Below are positions 62,701 to 64,000 of a stretch of 64,000 nt of DNA, piece after piece. The stretch spans positions 137,268,001 through 137,332,000 of the forward strand of contig OZ024740.1 of NCBI GenBank assembly GCA_964016885.1. The letters are read 5' to 3'. Every line of letters begins with the position of its first letter. The stretch's first letter is position 1. Origin of the DNA: Eledone cirrhosa (Eukaryota). Under the pieces are notes generated by a model. It was not told where the DNA came from. It ran no database searches and saw nothing but the letters and a program-made list of their open reading frames with translations. Position numbers and translations under genes: made by a program.

Positions 62701-64000
62701 ACCTCCAATTCTCTCTTTCTCTTATCACTTTTCTCTCAATCTCCCATTCTCTCTCTCTCATATCACTTTTCTCTCAATCTCCAATTCTCTCTTTCTCTTA
62801 TCCATTTTCTCTCAATCTGCAATTCTCTCTTTCTTTTCTCACTTTTCCCCCAATCTCCAATTCTCTCTTTCTCTTCACACTTTTCCCCCAATCTCCAATT
62901 CTCTCATTCTCTTCTCACTTTTCTCTCAATCTCCAATCCTCTCTTTCTGTTCTCAGTTTTCCCCCAATCTCCAATTCTCTATTTCTCTTAGCACTTTTCT
63001 CTCAATCCCCCATTCTCTCCCTCTCTTATCACTTTTCTCTCAATCTCCAATTCTCTCTTTCTCTTATCACTTTTCTCTCAATCTCCAATTCTCTCTTTCT
63101 CTTATCACTTTTCTCTCAATCTCCAATTCTCTCTTTCTCTTATCAGTTTTCTCTCAATCTGCAATTCTCTCTTTCTCTTATCACTTTTCTCTCAATCTCC
63201 AATTCTCTCTTTCTCTTCTCACTTTTCCCCTAATCTCCAATTCTCTCTTTCTCTTATCACTTTTCTCTCAATCTCCAATTCTCTCTTTCTCTTATCACTT
63301 TTCTCTCAATCTGCAATTCTCTCTTTCTCTCATCCATTTTCTCTCAATCTGCAATTCTCTCTTTCTTTTCTCACTTTTCCCCCAATCTCCAATTCTCTCT
63401 TTCTCTTCACACTTTTCCCCCAATCTCCAATTCTCTCATTCTCTTCACACTTTTCCCCCAATCTCCAATTCTCTCTTTCTCTTCTCACTTTTCTCTCAAT
63501 CTCCAATCCTCTCTTTCTGTTCTCAGTTTTCCCCCAATCTCCAATTCTCTATTTCTCTTAGCACTTTTCTCTCAATCCCCCATTCTCTCTCTCTCTTATC
63601 ACTTTTCTCTCAATCTCCAATTCTCTCTTTCTCTTCTCACTTTTCTCTCAATCTCCAATTCTCTCTTTCTCTTATCACTTTTCTCTCAATCTCCAATTCT
63701 CTCTTTCTCTTATCACTTTTCTCTCAATCTCCAATTCTCTCTTTCTCTTATCAGTTTTCTCTCAATCTGCAATTCTCTCTTTCTCTTATCACTTTTCTCT
63801 CAATCTCCAATTCTCTCTTTCTCTTCTCACTTTTCCCCTAATCTCCAATTCTCTCTTTCTCTTATCACTTTTCTCTCAATCTCCATTTCTCTCTTTCTCT
63901 TATCACTTTTCTCTCAATCTCAATTCTCTCTTTCTCTAATCACTTTTCTCTCAATCTCCAATTCTCTCTTTCTCTTATCCATTTTCTCTCAATCTGCAAT

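Larger units (their letters stand above)
1..64000 (+). repeat. Tandem satellite array, 38-bp monomer (AATCTCCAATTCTCTCTTTCTCTTATCACTTTTCTCTC), about 1,680 head-to-tail copies, running off both window ends
   Basis: Monomer starts recur every 38 bp (e.g. AATC at 37732, 37770, 37808, 37846, 37884, 37922). Copies typically differ from consensus by 0-6 substitutions with occasional 1-2 bp indels. No inversion or non-repeat insertion seen. Confidence 0.99.
34950..64000 (+). repeat. Right satellite domain (A'): about 3.4 kb (about 90-monomer) higher-order repeat made of 14+20+20+15+21-monomer cycles
   Basis: TAGCAC spacings cycle 532, 759, 758, 570, 795/797 (e.g. 60145, 60940, 61472, 62231, 62989, 63559; sum 3414). 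Private variants are CATCATATTT, AATCTTCAA, CTGCAATAC, CTCTATCCCCC, AATTCACTC and CTCTAATCAC. Confidence 0.85.

Noticed and set aside
815-63845. CCCTAA telomeric hexamer in the recurrent TTTTCCCCTAATC variant
   Set aside because: It is always a single hexamer made by one substitution at the monomer junction and is never tandem, so it is not an interstitial telomeric repeat.
1-64000. CRISPR-like array (repeat length 38 bp)
   Set aside because: Repeats are directly adjacent with no unique spacers, no palindrome, no leader and no cas genes.
1-64000. Variant monomers acting as a diversity cassette library or encoded message
   Set aside because: The variant order is repetitive and explained by nested tandem duplication. 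No expression site, recombinase or reverse transcriptase gene, or unique sequence is present.
1-64000. Transposon insertions, inversions, hairpins, terminators, tRNA or rRNA
   Set aside because: I saw no non-satellite or reverse-orientation segment, and a nearly G-free strand cannot form meaningful stems.

Overview
The whole 64 kb window is one uninterrupted, single-orientation satellite array with no unique flanking sequence. It is built from a 38-bp monomer, consensus AATCTCCAATTCTCTCTTTCTCTTATCACTTTTCTCTC (6 A, 13 C, 19 T, 0 G), in about 1,680 copies (64000/38). I do not recognise the family or the organism; the scale and organisation look like eukaryotic heterochromatic satellite (centromeric, pericentromeric or subtelomeric). 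I found no credible gene, RNA gene, transposon or CRISPR array, and all listed ORFs are by-products of the repeat. The structure lies in the variants. About a dozen recurrent monomer types keep a fixed order (a 15-monomer, 570-bp cycle with 14- to 21-monomer derivatives). These cycles build larger higher-order repeats: about 1.8-2.4 kb in a middle domain and about 3.4 kb in the right domain. Near-identical tandem duplications of 1.9, 2.2, 4.0 and 7.1 kb are superimposed. The left and right domains share diagnostic variants and flank a distinct middle domain (A-B-A'), with diverged monomers at both boundaries. The sequence alone does not support a new gene system. All coordinates and distances were read by eye, and domain boundaries are approximate.
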